64,000 nt of DNA, taken from the NCBI GenBank assembly GCA_964016885.1, contig OZ024742.1, positions 95,666,001-95,730,000 of the forward strand, in the 5' to 3' direction. Position numbers and translations under genes: made by a program. The notes under the pieces were generated by a model. That model did not search any database. It saw only the letters and a program-made list of their open reading frames with translations, and had not been told where the DNA came from. Shown in pieces: positions 39,174 through 52,596 of the stretch; position 1 is the stretch's first letter; every line of letters begins with the position of its first letter. The stretch is from Eledone cirrhosa. Taxonomy: Eukaryota.

Positions 39174-40269
39174 TATATATATATATATTTATACACCCAC
39201 AAACAGACCACTTGTGTATCATCATTGTCATTTTAATATCTGCTTTCCCTGGCTGTAGAACTGAAGCTGAAGGCACATGATTCCAGAACAATCATCTTAC
39301 CACACTGCCATAACAGTAATAATCTCAAGAATGAGAAGATATGGTTAAAAGGCCAGGAACCAGAAATATCCACAATAACTCACATCACAAATTTAGATAT
39401 GCCATTGTTGTTATTACTCATTTGAACCTAATTTTTTCATTAATTAATTAATTATGAAACAAATATTGATTAATTAAAGTAACATTTGCAATTTACTGCT
39501 TTAAAAACAGGTTAATAATAAATTCTAACTTTTCAGTGACTTTTATGACATCTGATGTGTATATATGTGTATGGTATGTGCTTATAAATGTATAAATATG
39601 TATGTGATTGTGTATTGAAGAAAATGTAGATGTGTATGTTGTGTATGTGAATATGTGAAGTTGTGTATGGGCTTAAGTGTAGCTAAGTATGTGTTTGTGT
39701 ATTTATGAAAGTGTAGATGTGTATAGATGTGAACATGATTGTATGATTGTGAAAGTTTAGATGTATAGATAGATATATGTTGTGTATGAACTTCTTCAAC
39801 TATTAACTGCTAAATCAGTGCATATAGGTAGATTAATAAGGTCACTATGTGTGTGCATGTGTTTATATATACACATACATTTGTATATATATTGTATATA
39901 CACATGGGTGTTTACATACATATATACATACACACACACACACACACACATATGTATATATGTATGTATGTATGTATATATGTATGTATGAATGTATATG
40001 TATATATGTATGTTTCTGTCTCTTAGTTTCGAGTACATTTTTGACCGGCCACCTTACTGGTGGCAAGGTTGTAAAAGAAAAGAAATTGTCATCCCTTCAA
40101 TCACAAGAATGTTTTTGCAAAATTTGAAGGTGCGCTATCGCAACCATTTGTATGAATTAGGGAGCTGCGGTCTTTGTCCACAAATCCAAGTTCAGTTATA
40201 CTTTGGTCCAACTGGGCTGGTATATAATCTGTAACTCCAATAATGTGGTATGTATGTATATATGTATGT

Positions 40270-40745
40270 ATGCAAAGGGCGGAAGAGCTCATAAGAGTCA
40301 ACGGCCATCCCAAAGTGTGTAAATATGTTTATAAACATGTACATGTGTGTGTATATCTATATGTGTATATGCATGGGTGTATGTGTATGTATATGTGCGG
40401 GGACATAGAAATAGCGGGCTGGACACCCGATTATGCGGTTAAACCACTGGGAGTGAAGGACCCCTAGCCGTTGTTTGGGCATTCTTCTAGGAGAAGGCAA
40501 ATCAGGAAACTTGGATAACTTCGATATAAAACCTACGGCTCAGTAGTTACCGATGATGTTGATCTTTTCTTCTTTTCGGGCGATAGCTACTGTTGCTCAG
40601 AAAGTGGGATTGGCTCAGTGCACAGTCTTTCCTCTCTTTAAAAAATATCTTCATGCGCAGGCATTGCAGGATAGAATTAATTAATAATTATTAGTAATGG
40701 TATATCGTGCAATGGCCCTACTCGATAACAAGGGGGCTGCCATCA
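40270..40745 (+). mobile_element. Non-coding repeat resembling an RTE 5' UTR
   Basis: Shares GAGCTC.TAAGAGTCAA.GGCCATCC, CTAGGAGAAGG, GATGTTGA and CAGGCATTGC with 41680-42070 (minus); related motif at 27985-28055. Confidence 0.55.
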
Positions 40746-40748
40746 TGA

Positions 40749-40788
<40 letters not shown>

Positions 40789-40915
40789 ATATCCTTCAAA
40801 TGAAACATTTCTAGTCCTGTAGAAACCATTTCGATATTAAACATTATATACTCTACTATGTATTGAGTACCTTACTTACTGTGGTTACCCCCCGATTGAA
40901 CCTGGGATACACACG

Positions 40916-40966
<51 letters not shown>

Positions 40967-41068
40967 CATCATCATTTAACATTCATTTTCCATGCTAGCA
41001 TAGTAGCATGGGCTGTCCCATTGTGAGAGTTCCAGGCTGAATGACCGTGTTTTGCTTACATATATACC

Positions 41069-41333
41069 ATCATCATCATCATCATCATCATTTCGTCCGC
41101 TTTTCCCTGCTTGCAAAGGTGTGATGGGAACTGATTCTGGCTTGATTTCTACAGCTGGATGCCCTTCCTAACACCAACCTCATTTACAGTGAGTGGTGGG
41201 TGCTTTTTTTTGCCGTGGCACCTCCATGACCATCTCATTTCTACAGCTGAGTAAACAGGAGCAATGTGAAATAAAGTGTCTTGCTCAAGGAAACAACACA
41301 TCACCTGTAGAAATGAGATGATAGGGACTGGGG
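41069..41333 (-). mobile_element. SINE family B, truncated, with a short inverted segment
   Basis: Family B on minus; 41306-41333 is family-B sequence in the plus orientation. Confidence 0.8.
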
Positions 41334-41391
<58 letters not shown>

Positions 41392-41420
41392 TATATATAC
41401 ATACATATATATATATACAT

Positions 41421-41470
<50 letters not shown>

Positions 41471-41679
41471 GGTGGCTGCCAACTCGTTTTCGAGTACGGC
41501 CACTACTTTATATCCATGTAGGAGAACCCCTACCGATGCGCTGAACGACTGTGACTTTTTAGTCCAGCCAGCGACTTGAAAACTCTGGTACAAACACTAC
41601 ACTTGTGACAATTATTGACACATAGTGCTGGGCCCATGGTACCATGTGACGACAAGTGCAGAGAGATCTCCAGATATAA

Positions 41680-42070
41680 AGCAATGCCTGTGCCGTGAAG
41701 CTTTTATAGTGAGCAAAGGCACTGCACAAAGCCAGTCCCACTCTCTTAACCAAGATGATATTTACCAAAAAGAAGAACAAGTCAACATCATTGGATACCA
41801 TCAGGGTTGCATGTGTTATATCAGAGTTTTCCTTCTCCTAGAATTCTGCCTTGACAAAGGCTAAGGGGTCATCTCTCCCGGTGATTTTGGATGGCCATTG
41901 ACTCTTAAGAGCTCCTTTGCCCTTTGACAGGTTTTGTTTTTAGTCCTGCAGGATGTCCAAAGTCACCCTCCTCACCAAGAAACCTTGGTGGGGTTGCCAG
42001 TTTAGTCGCCAACGACCCGACCATGAGACAGGTTGTACTGGGATACATGTTACCAGTAGCACCAACTGAC
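41680..42070 (-). mobile_element. Non-coding repeat resembling an RTE 5' UTR
   Basis: Minus strand CCCCTTAGCCTTTGTCAAGGCAG...CTAGGAGAAGGAAAACTCTGA. Confidence 0.55.
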
Positions 42071-42240
42071 ATATATATACATACACATATATATACAAAC
42101 ACATATATATATATATAGTAATAATAATAAATTTGAAGACTAAAATCCAAAGAGGGCTCGATAAGGATAAATATATATCAAATATATAAGAACCGTTAAG
42201 GGTGAAAGCAGCGATTCTTTGCTTAAACTTTAATCTGTTA

Positions 42241-42289
<49 letters not shown>

Positions 42290-42292
<3 letters not shown>

Positions 42293-42645
42293 GCTTGCAA
42301 TCAAAAGGTTATGAGTTCAATTCTCGGACCGGGTGATGTGTTGTTTCCTTGAGCAAGACACTTTATTACACATTGCTCCAGTTTACTCAGCTGTAGAAAT
42401 GAGATGATAGGACTGGGGCCCATATCATTCCACTGCAAAGTGGTCTTGGAGGAGCCACGGCAATATAAAAAAGCACCCAGCCCACACTGTAAAGTGGACG
42501 TGTAGGCACCACAGTAAAAAAGCACCCAGCACTCACTGTAAATGAGTTTGGTGTTAGGAAGGTCATCCAGCTGTAGAAATCAAGCCAGAATCAGTTGCCA
42601 CCTCACCCTTGAAAGCAGGGAAAAGCGGACATATAATGATGATGT
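42290..42645 (+). mobile_element. SINE family B
   Basis: Family B match with two AAAAAGCACCCAG..CACTGTAAA units. Confidence 0.88.
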
Positions 42646-42646
42646 T

Positions 42647-42690
<44 letters not shown>

Positions 42691-42696
<6 letters not shown>

Positions 42697-43266
42697 AATT
42701 CCCCGTTTATCGCTGACGATACGTTGCAGAACCAGCCGTGATAAATGAAAATTCGCGAGCTAGAGAGATCATAAAGACAACCATTGTTTTCATAGTGAAA
42801 CCCTTAAAATACCTCTCCTACACTCTTTGACTACATATAAATAGCTAGTAACGATCGCATAGAAACTACCACCAATGAGGACCATTGCCAACCATGTTAG
42901 CCATTTGGTAATACACTGGACATGTCCTGTCAATCTATGAAGGGTTTGTAGTAGATTAGAGAAGAACACAATTAGTAAAACTGTAATGGAATGAAAAATA
43001 AATACATCTTTTCATAGTTAAAGCCTTAAGTTACCCCTTCCTTATGCTATACCTTCAATCACATCGAAACTTATTTAATAAGTTTAAATTTTAAACAATT
43101 TTTATTCCTACGCATGTACCGCAATAAGAAAATAGATATGTCCTAACGAAAAATCCGCGATGTGGCGAGTATTACCATGATAGGAAATTAGATATGTTCC
43201 AAAGAAAAATCCACGATGTAGCGGGACTGCAAAAAGTGAACCGAGATATAGCAAGGGATTACTGTA
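42691..43266. mobile_element. Tigger/pogo-like MITE
   Basis: Ends TGTAGTAATTCCCCGTTTATCGC and reverse-complement TACAGTAATCCCTTGCTATATCTCG; subterminal AAAATCC(G/A)CGATGT repeats; TA flanks. Confidence 0.7.
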
Positions 43267-44711
43267 TATATATATATATATATATATAAGGTAAACAGAA
43301 ATAACAAATATACAAGTTGCCATACACAAAACGTAAATGGAAAATAACACAGTACAATGAAGATATATATTTATTTAATGTCTGATACAGAAGGAAAACA
43401 GTCTTAGTCTTTTGGACGCTAGTCCTAAATCAGAATATAGAATGAGAAATAAAAGAAGAAATCGAAAGATAGAGGAGAGTAAGTAAAGGAAAAAGCCCCC
43501 AAAAATTGTTTTTAGAAAAAGTATGTATGTTCAGTCATACAGTTGAACAATGGAAGCAAATAAGGTTTAGTAGCTAATTAATTCATTGTAAACAATTGGT
43601 TTAATAATGAATTGCTCTAGGTTATAATAGTGTGCCAGCAAAAGCCAAGACATTGTTGGAGAGAAGTGTGTCTGAAAATGATAGTGGAGTACTTGCTCTG
43701 TCTAATGCCAAAATGAAAGAGGTTTTGGATATCCTATTATGAGAGACTGATGAATGAAGAGAATAATGAGGGACCAACCATAAAAGTTGAAAGCAGTATG
43801 ATTGACAAAGTGATTCAGAATATGAAAATATTGATGTCAGTCAGACTCTCCAGTAAGATACTAAAAGCACCTGGCATGCTAGTCAGATAAAGTTGACCTC
43901 AGTGGGATTTGCACTCAAACATAAAGAAATGAACATTAAGAGTTAATAATGAGAAAGTTAGTTATATTATGAAATCCTTCGAATTCGTGATTATATTCAC
44001 ACTTTGAAAATCATGAAATGAATATTGCTAGAAATATAGGAACAAAAGAGTTAGAGATTCTTCTGTTTCACTGAACCGATCAACAGCCTGAATAGAAGAA
44101 GTTTTGCAGGATGTTTCAAAATATTTGCTCATAGTTTAGAAAAATATTGGTGATGTGTTAGGCATAAAGACAAGAAGAGACACAGAGAGGTCTGTACAAG
44201 TATACATGAATTGAAAAACATAGTTATTCTTTTATTGGTTTTAATCATTGGACTGTATCTCTGTTTCGGCACCATTTTTAAGTGTTTTTAGTCGATTATA
44301 TTGACCCTAGTACTTTGTCTAGTATTTATTTTATTGGCTTTGGAAGAGAATGGAAGACATAGTCAACTGGGCATAAAGGAAGGCAAATAAGATTGAAAAT
44401 TCCTCAAAGTATTTTTATTCATGGCATTAAGTTGTTGCCATCTTACACTAAGTATATATATATATATGTATATATCATCATCATCATTATATATATATAT
44501 AGTAATACTAAATACAAAGACCAAAATCCAAAGAGGACTCATAGAACAAATATTTATTGATTAAAAGTTTAAGCAAAATATTTCTGCTTTCACCCTAAGC
44601 GGGATCATCTGAACTTGAGAAAAATCAATCTGTAGTCACAAATATATATATATAAGCTGCCGAAATGGCCGGAGCTCAGCCATCAGGGTCCTGACTGTTT
44701 TTCTATATATA

Positions 44712-45150
44712 TCATCATCATCACCGTTTTTACATCCGTTCTTCCAAGCTAGCATGGGTTAGACGGGTTGTCCTGTTGTGGGCAATGTCCGGTCGGCTGA
44801 CCTTGTCTTGCTCATATGGGAACCGATTCTGGCTTGATTTCTACAGCTGGATGCCCTTACTAACACCAACCTCATTTACAGTGAGGGCTGGGTGCTTTTT
44901 TTCTGTGGTGCCTACATGTCCACTTTACAGTGTGGGCTGGGTGCTTTTTTGCCATGGCACCTCCAAGACCACTTTTGCAGTGGAATGATAGGGACCCCAG
45001 TCCTATCATCTCATTTCTACAACTGAGTAAACTGGAGCAATGTGAAATAAAGTGTCTTGCTCAAGGAAACAACACATCACCCGGTCCGAGAATTGAACTC
45101 ACAAACTTTCAAATGCAAGCCCAATGCTCTAACCACTAAGCCATGTGCCT
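44712..45150 (-). mobile_element. SINE family B with longer RTE-type tail
   Basis: 44715-44960 nearly matches 63115-63370. Confidence 0.9.
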
Positions 45151-46747
45151 ATATATATGTTGTTTTACTTGTATCAATCATTAGAATGTGTCCATATTGG
45201 CCTTGAAGGTATGTAACTGATTATATGGTACCTATTTTTGATTTACCAAACCACTAAGTTAAAGAAAACATAAACACATAAGCATGTAGATAAACACACA
45301 CACATGCAATAGAATTTTGTAGTTACTATCCACCAAATTTCACTCACAAAATATTTGTAAACTCAAAGCTAATGTAAAAGAGATTTATTCAAAAGTCCTG
45401 TCTGTATATCATTATCATCATCATTATTGTTGTTTAACATCTATCTTCCAGGCTAGCATGGGTTAAATGGGTTTGTCCCATTTGCATCAAGTTGGGTCAG
45501 GTGACTGTGTCTCATTTGTATAGGGGTTTAAATGGTTAAATTGTTCGAGCATTTTTATGGTTGAACCTATAATGCAGCAGAGTACATCATCATCATCATC
45601 ATCACCATCATCACCTCACCATCACCACCATCATCATCATCATCATCATTATTATTATTATTTTATATCCAATTTCATGTTGGAATGTGTTGGATGAGTT
45701 GTTGTGGTCTGAGACCAGATCGGTTTTGGAAAAAATGATTGGCTATATTTTCCATATTTGGCATGGTTTCTCCTGCTGGATGTTCATGCTAATACCAACA
45801 ACTTTACAGTGTACTGGGTACATATTATGGTACAATTACTAAAGAAGTTATCAAACTTAAGAGTTTACTCCAATAGTGTATTTTCGATTTTTAACAGCTT
45901 TACAGATGTATTGAATGTATTTTATCATGGCACTAATACTAGTGAGTTTTTTTTGTTTTATCAGATACAGAATGTTCACACTACTCTACGTAGTCTCACA
46001 CTTTACATTCCATTTTGCACTAGAAGTGGTCTAGTCCACTGCTGGCTAAAAGGACTTCGCTACCCCAAGTCATTTTCAATCTTTCAACAGATTTACTTTG
46101 AGCCTCATAGTGCCTCTACTGATGAACACGTCTTTTGTCTTATGAAATATTACCAGTCAGTTCAATCTTGTGTCAAGCCTTTCAAAAGGTTTAGTTTCCT
46201 GAGGTCATTCTTTACAACTTCATACCATGTCTTCCTTGCTCTCCTTCTTCCTTTAAGCACTCTTCTATATTCTTAGATCAACAAAAGTCATGAAGATTAT
46301 GTGTGCAATTTGGTACATGGAAACTGCTGAGAAACTTCACTTACAAACAAACTTCATGATTTTAGTAGACCCAAGGATAGGTTTGGTGCAAATTATCGAA
46401 AATGCTGAAACGGCAAGATGAAGTTGTGGTTATAAAACAAACTTCCTAACAAGAAAGCCATGCATGCACCCTTGATTAAATCATATATATATGATTATAT
46501 GTACTACAGCCCCCCCCCCTATATATTAATAGCATCTGCAGTGCTGAGACTAAGAAAACCACTAATCATGTGAGTACTCGATAGATGGTGAGATGTAGAG
46601 TGGTTATAGAGATGTGTAAAATCCTGACTTTGGCACCAAGCGGTTTTGGCTTGTGTATTCACAAATCCTTTTCAATGGTGTAATCTTTGAAAAGGCTTGC
46701 TGAACACACAAGCCAAAACTGCTTGGTGCCACAGTTGGGATTTTACA

Positions 46748-46784
<37 letters not shown>

Positions 46785-48362
46785 TTAGTAAGAATTATCA
46801 CTTTAGCAAACTTACCACTTTAGGAAGATGAAGAGGTTGAAGAAGTGTTCAAATGGTTCAACAAATATATCAGAAAGCATAGCTTATACAAAAAACAATT
46901 TATTTTTAATTTGTTTGAACTCTGTGTACAAAGTGTATGCAGCAAAGTTTTCTCTGTGAAGATGTCAGTGAAATAAATGTTTGTTTGGTAGTGAGACTGG
47001 CACTAATTTATCATTACTTACTATCTATATTAAAGTTGGTAAAATTTCCAAAGCTGGTTGTAGGAATGATAATAATGTTTCATCCATAAGGGATTGGAAT
47101 ATTTGGGAAAATAAGTTGACAGATAAATGGTAAATCATTGAAATGCTGTCTAATGAACTACTCTCCATGTTGGAGAGAAAAATCAAAACTGTAGGAATGT
47201 GAGTTATGAGCTGTTGCCCTATCAACAACCAGGCTGCAACTCTTTGCTAGTTTTGAAAAAGGCGCGTTCATACATCACCAACCATAAAGGGCTGGCGACT
47301 GACCAAGCATAACTAAATTACGCCACAGTGATAAAATAGTACTATCATGTCTCACTATATATATACACATATATAATTTCAAATCTTAGATTTCTATTCC
47401 TTGTAGAATGTAATATATTTAATTCTTTTAATACCAAACAACCTGAAACCATCTCCTATTTTACAAAACAAAATTATATATATTAAATTGTTTATATTTA
47501 TCTTAAAATCTTACATCATTATTTCATATTAGAGCCTTCCTTATGTTATGGTCCAAACACCAGATTATTACTGAGAATGTTAGTGATATTATTAAATCAT
47601 ATTATTTGAAAATCATAAGTAGTCTCTTTCATTATAAATATGGTAATTTGAGGATTAAGCCACCTCTAGGTTTATAATAACAAACCTCTATTTTACAATG
47701 TTTATATTTAAATTAATACCTTCAATTATAGAACCTTCTGTTAAACTATTCTCATAACAACAATAAATTGTATATATAAAATTGCTGAATTCTTTTGTTA
47801 GATTGAAATGTAAACATATCAAAAATGATATCAATTATACAGAACTATAATTTGAAAAAATATCCTACCTACTTTAGACACCAACCCCACTTAGACCACC
47901 CCTAGTTCTATGACACAAAATTTCTAGTTTTAAACTTTTCATATTTAAATTAGTACATCCTATCATAATTTTATATAATAACCTTTTGTTATCTTCCAAG
48001 TACCATCTTATTAATGGAAAAGTCAATTGTTTTACTAAATCCTTACAACATTTTTATTTTAAAAATTAATTACAATACACTGCAAATTTCAGTCTGCTGC
48101 TTATTTTGTGAGTCTCTATTTGCAAAACAGTTACATTACAAGGTATAATGTGACTCAACATAGGTATAACACTAAGAGTCACTTGATTGACTATGTCGAA
48201 ACAATTTATCGGCTATATAACCTGTATAAATATACAAAAAGCCAGTAGTATAAAAATACATAGTGATACAATGGCAAAAGGGTCTAAAAACAGTCAGTCA
48301 ATCATATTGGTGGCCTCCCCACAGCCCAGCAGACATCTTCAAACACCCACAGATGAAAATCC

Positions 48363-48507
48363 CTGGACACCTGGTGTTACTGCATGTTTCAGGTCTTGCA
48401 ACATATACCCTAACCCAGGTGACCTGACTGAAGTTGGACACCTGGTGTTACTGTATGATTCAGGTCTTACAACATATACCCTAACCCAGGTGATCTGACT
48501 GAAGTTG
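48363..48507. repeat. Two-copy ~71-bp tandem duplication
   Basis: TGGACACCTGGTGTTACTG...CTGACTGAAGTTG occurs twice. Confidence 0.85.
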
Positions 48508-49436
48508 ATCAAGCCTTATTCTGTATCAACGTGGCTTACTACTAAGCATTGGATAAATAGTATGAAAGAAAAAAAAAATCAAACATTCATTAGGTTACTA
48601 AATATAAAAGAGGTAAATCTTGTTAAATTTCACTTGATATAACCAGTTGCTTTATTAAAATAGGTATCACAAGATTTTTAAGATCTTACTTATTGCCTAA
48701 ATTTACAGATGGCAATGGGTTCTAAAGCTGCCTAAAATATTTCTAATCAGCTCTTCTTGGCTATAAAATGGCAATAAATTACTGACTTAATATTCCTCCT
48801 TTAGATGTGAAAACATCTACAAAGAGCTGTGTAATATGATTACTTCCTCTATGATATAAAAGCAAAAGAAATATTTTTGCTTCTTTCTGATCTTGATAGA
48901 GTTAAGAAACACTTAAAACAGAAGTCCTTATCTAATTACGAATATTGGACCAGTCAGTGTGGAAAACCAGAAACGAGTTCATCTAATTAGCTCTGCTTCG
49001 TTACATTAAAAGTTATTTAGCCTTATTTCTTTACCATATCTCTAATGAAATATACAGCCTACGATTTTCAAATAATTTTGAAAATAATCAAGAGTTTGCA
49101 GGAATTTAGTAATATAACTTTCTCATTACTATGTTGGTGTTTTGAATATAGCTTAAGAAACATCATAATGGCAGGTTTTTAGATAGATATAAACATCTAA
49201 ATACAGATTTGATCAGAGAATCAGAGGCATTTTCAATTGCTTTTGTATCAAAAGAGTTAATATACTTTTTTATTAGTAAGACTTGTTTTTAAACACCCTG
49301 AATTTCAAATGAAATATTTAAAGAGGACTCAAATTTTGGCTTACGGGGTCGATAAAATAAAGTACCAGTAATGCACTGGATAATTGCTGGCCTTGTGCCT
49401 AAAGTAGAAACAATTATATATATATATATATATATA

Positions 49437-51674
49437 AGTGATAACAAAATATTGTTATAGGTAATCCAGTTAGAGGTTGTGAATACTTCTTATTATGGAT
49501 AGTTTTAGAGTGCGGCGTTGTTTGACTCAACAAGAGGTTTATGTAGATGACGTGTAAATGATTTCACTTGTATTCATATGTAAGTTTATCTTGGAGTAAT
49601 AAAATTGAAAAAGTGAAGAATAACATGGTCAACAGTACAAAAAGGGGGATTTATTTAGTCTAACAATTGTTTCCCTGATTAAGTTGTCTAAAAATGGCTG
49701 AACACTAGAAGCAATACCACTCAATTTCAAATACGATGTTAGCTCAATCAGATCATCAGAAACTGTTACAAAAAATATATATAAAGGGTAAATTTACAAA
49801 TTCAAATTACATCATCAATAATAATATTAATAATAAAGATAGAGAGAGAGAAAAAAAGAAAGAAAGGGAGATAGATAAAGGAAAGAAAGAAAGAAAAAGA
49901 AGAAAGAGAAAGAAGAAAAAGGAGAAATGAATACAGAGAAAAATATAGAGAGAAGAAAATATATGGATAAATGATGATAGAAAGAGGAGAGACATGTATA
50001 AGGAGAAATAACGTAGGAGAGAAAGAGCAATAGAGGGAAAATAATGATATCAACAATAAATGAATAAACGTTAATACATGAATAAATGTAAATAAATAAA
50101 TTACATCTAATATGATACCAAATGGTACAAAATGTGAAAAATTAAAAACAAAAATATGAAAATAAATAAGTAAAAAAGTAAAAATGTGTGAAGAAAATTT
50201 AAACATATTAAGATTATTGAAAGTGGTTTTTGAGAGTGGCTAAAATATATAGAGATACGAAGGTATAAATATGATAATGTTAAATATATTTATGTGTATA
50301 TTGGTTATTTCAATAAATAAATAAATTAATTAGTTGTAAGTTATAAAATAAAAAGCCAGAGATGAAATAAATTTAGGGAGATAAATATAGAGATAAAGAG
50401 TGAAAGATAGGGATATATAAACTAAGAATGTAAATATAAGAGGTTTTAATGTTGTTCATTGATAGATGATGACAATTATAATAATAATGATGATGATGAT
50501 AATGTGATAAACTCTCCAGCTGTGGAGCCAATGTAATGCCATGCTAAGCTACCGGAATTTATAATACATAGGTATACTATATTTGTCTCTAGGCGATGAC
50601 AGATTCATTTAGATGCTTTAGATTTGTCAGGTAGATGACAGATTCATTTAGATGCTTTTCTATGTGCCGGTTCTTCGATATGGTTTTGTAGGTTGCTATG
50701 TACGGGTTGAGAATTGGGTTTGTTTATGTATTGTGGTGATGTGTTCAGACATGCGTTTGGTTGTGATTATGTTATATGCTTATGTTTTGTATTTGGTGTT
50801 ATGGTACTTATTTGCGGGCTACTTGTATTATAAATTCTTTTATAGTTAATTTTATGTATGTGCGAGTCTATGTTGTTGGCAGTGGAGTATGATAGTTTGA
50901 TAGTTTTTCTATTAAATATTTTATGATATTTATGAATTTTAGGGAAGTGTTTGTCAACCAGTTTGAAGAAAGTGTAAGGTAGTTTTATTTGTTTTACACT
51001 GGATTGAATCATAAGTAGTTTCTATCTCTGCATCTTCTATAGTTATTAGTGGTCTTCATATTAGTATTCTGTTCAATTAATTTACGTGCTTGTTGCCAAT
51101 TTCTATGTTTAGTCCTAGATTTGTTGCTTCTATAGGTGTGGATAGTGTTATTAATATTAAGTGTGTGGTTATTTTTTGTATCTGGTATGTATTTGAGTCT
51201 CTCTTTATGGCCTGCCTTAAGTAAAGCTATGTTGTAGTAATTAGCGTGTTCATTAAACATTTCTAGGTTAGAAGATAGGCACGAGATTCTAAGGGATATA
51301 CTATGTGCTATGGAGTTAATTATGGATCGAGGGTGCTTAGAGTTATAATCAATGTAAGCTAAATTTTCATTAATTTTATGGAACCTTAATCCTGTGTTAA
51401 GGTTGAGCGATACATCTAAGAAGTTAGCTTTTTTAGAGTTGAGTTCAAAAGTGATCTTAAGGCCTAAATTATTAAAGAATTTTCTAATCTTTTCCTTAAT
51501 CCTTCTAAGTTTTATTTATTTAGGTTTTTAGCTAAGAGTAGTGTATCGTGTCTATAAATTCCTCCTTGTATGTTATCAAATTCCCTATGTAAGATATGTG
51601 CTATATAAATTCCGACAATGTCTGTAACTTGGGATGAATCATTTGATCCCATAGTTATATCGAAGTTATTCTGT
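49437..51674 (-). mobile_element. PLE remnant: RT fragment, thumb/linker and long 3' UTR with hammerhead
   Basis: NFDITMGSNDSSQVTDIVGIY, GGIYRHDT, ANFLDVSLN, FKLVDKHFPKIHKYHKIFNRKTIKLSYST; same lineage as 21262-21910. Confidence 0.85.
49657..49764 (-). ncRNA. Type-I hammerhead ribozyme motif with enlarged stem II
   Basis: AGTTT CTGATGA TCTGATTGAG [~60 nt] CTTAATCAGG GAAA caattg TT AGACT, followed by AATAAA. Confidence 0.75.
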
Positions 51675-51714
51675 CTATTTTTTCTTTCCCTGTCTAAGAA
51701 TGATTGTTCTTCTA

Positions 51715-52198
51715 GCAGCTTTTATCACCTCATCCCAGGTCTTCTTGGGTCTCCCCACTCCAAGGTTTCTATCGAATTTTAGTGCTCTGCACCTTTTTAT
51801 GCAGCTGTCATCCTTCATACGCATCACATGTCCATACAAATGTAATCTCTGCTGCACACAGCATTTGATTCTTCTTATGCTTAGTCCCTCTCTCAATTCG
51901 TTTATGCTTTGCCGTTCACATATATTACTATTACACATCTATCAGAGCATGCAAGTTTTGTTTCTTTCCAATCTATGTAAGTCTTCTGTACACAATGCCC
52001 AGGTCTCACTACCATGTAACATTGCTGTTAGTATGCATGCATCATACAGTCTGCCTTTCATTTTGAGGGAAAAGCCTTTTACAGCAAGCAGTGGTAGTAG
52101 CACCCTGAACTTCTTCCATCCCATTTTTACCCAGGTTACTGTACTTTCAGAATACCCAGCTCCGTTGCTAATTTAGTCACCTAGGTAGCAGAAGGCCT
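51715..52198 (-). pseudogene. RTE-like LINE ORF fragment
   Basis: FCYLGD...MGWKKFRVLLPLL...KGRLYDAC...MLHGSETW...RLHLYGHVMRM...GRPKKTWDEVIK. Confidence 0.85.
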
Positions 52199-52277
52199 CC
52201 CAGAATTCGGTAGTGCTTGTTTCCTGTGGCCATTTATAGGAGCTAATATCAAGTAAAGCAATCGAGTAAAGGACTTG

Positions 52278-52596
52278 TAGAGAGGAGGTTGCGTTAGTAT
52301 GGACATGTGATGCGTATGAAGGATGACAGCTGCATAAAAAGGTGAAGAGCACTAAAAGTTGATAGGAACCTTGGAGTGGGGAGACCCAAGAAAACCTGGG
52401 ATGAGGTGATAAAAGCCCAATTGCACCTCACAAAAGCGATGGACACAGGACCGAGACCTCTGGTGTTACGCAGTAATACAGAAGAGCTGGCTTCCCATGG
52501 GTACAAGCTGAAGCATATAGACAATATGTGCCCATGCCTCCCACTGCAAAATGGTCGTGGAGGTGTCATGACAAAAAACACCCAGTCCACACTGTA
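52278..52596 (+). pseudogene. Same RTE family in the opposite orientation
   Basis: 52296-52417 is the reverse complement of 51717-51838 and continues into the 3' UTR. Confidence 0.85.

Noticed and set aside
43375-43440. Minus-strand CTGATTTA GGAC tagc GTCC AAAA
   Set aside because: Both core halves are mutated; may be a dead hammerhead but cannot be supported
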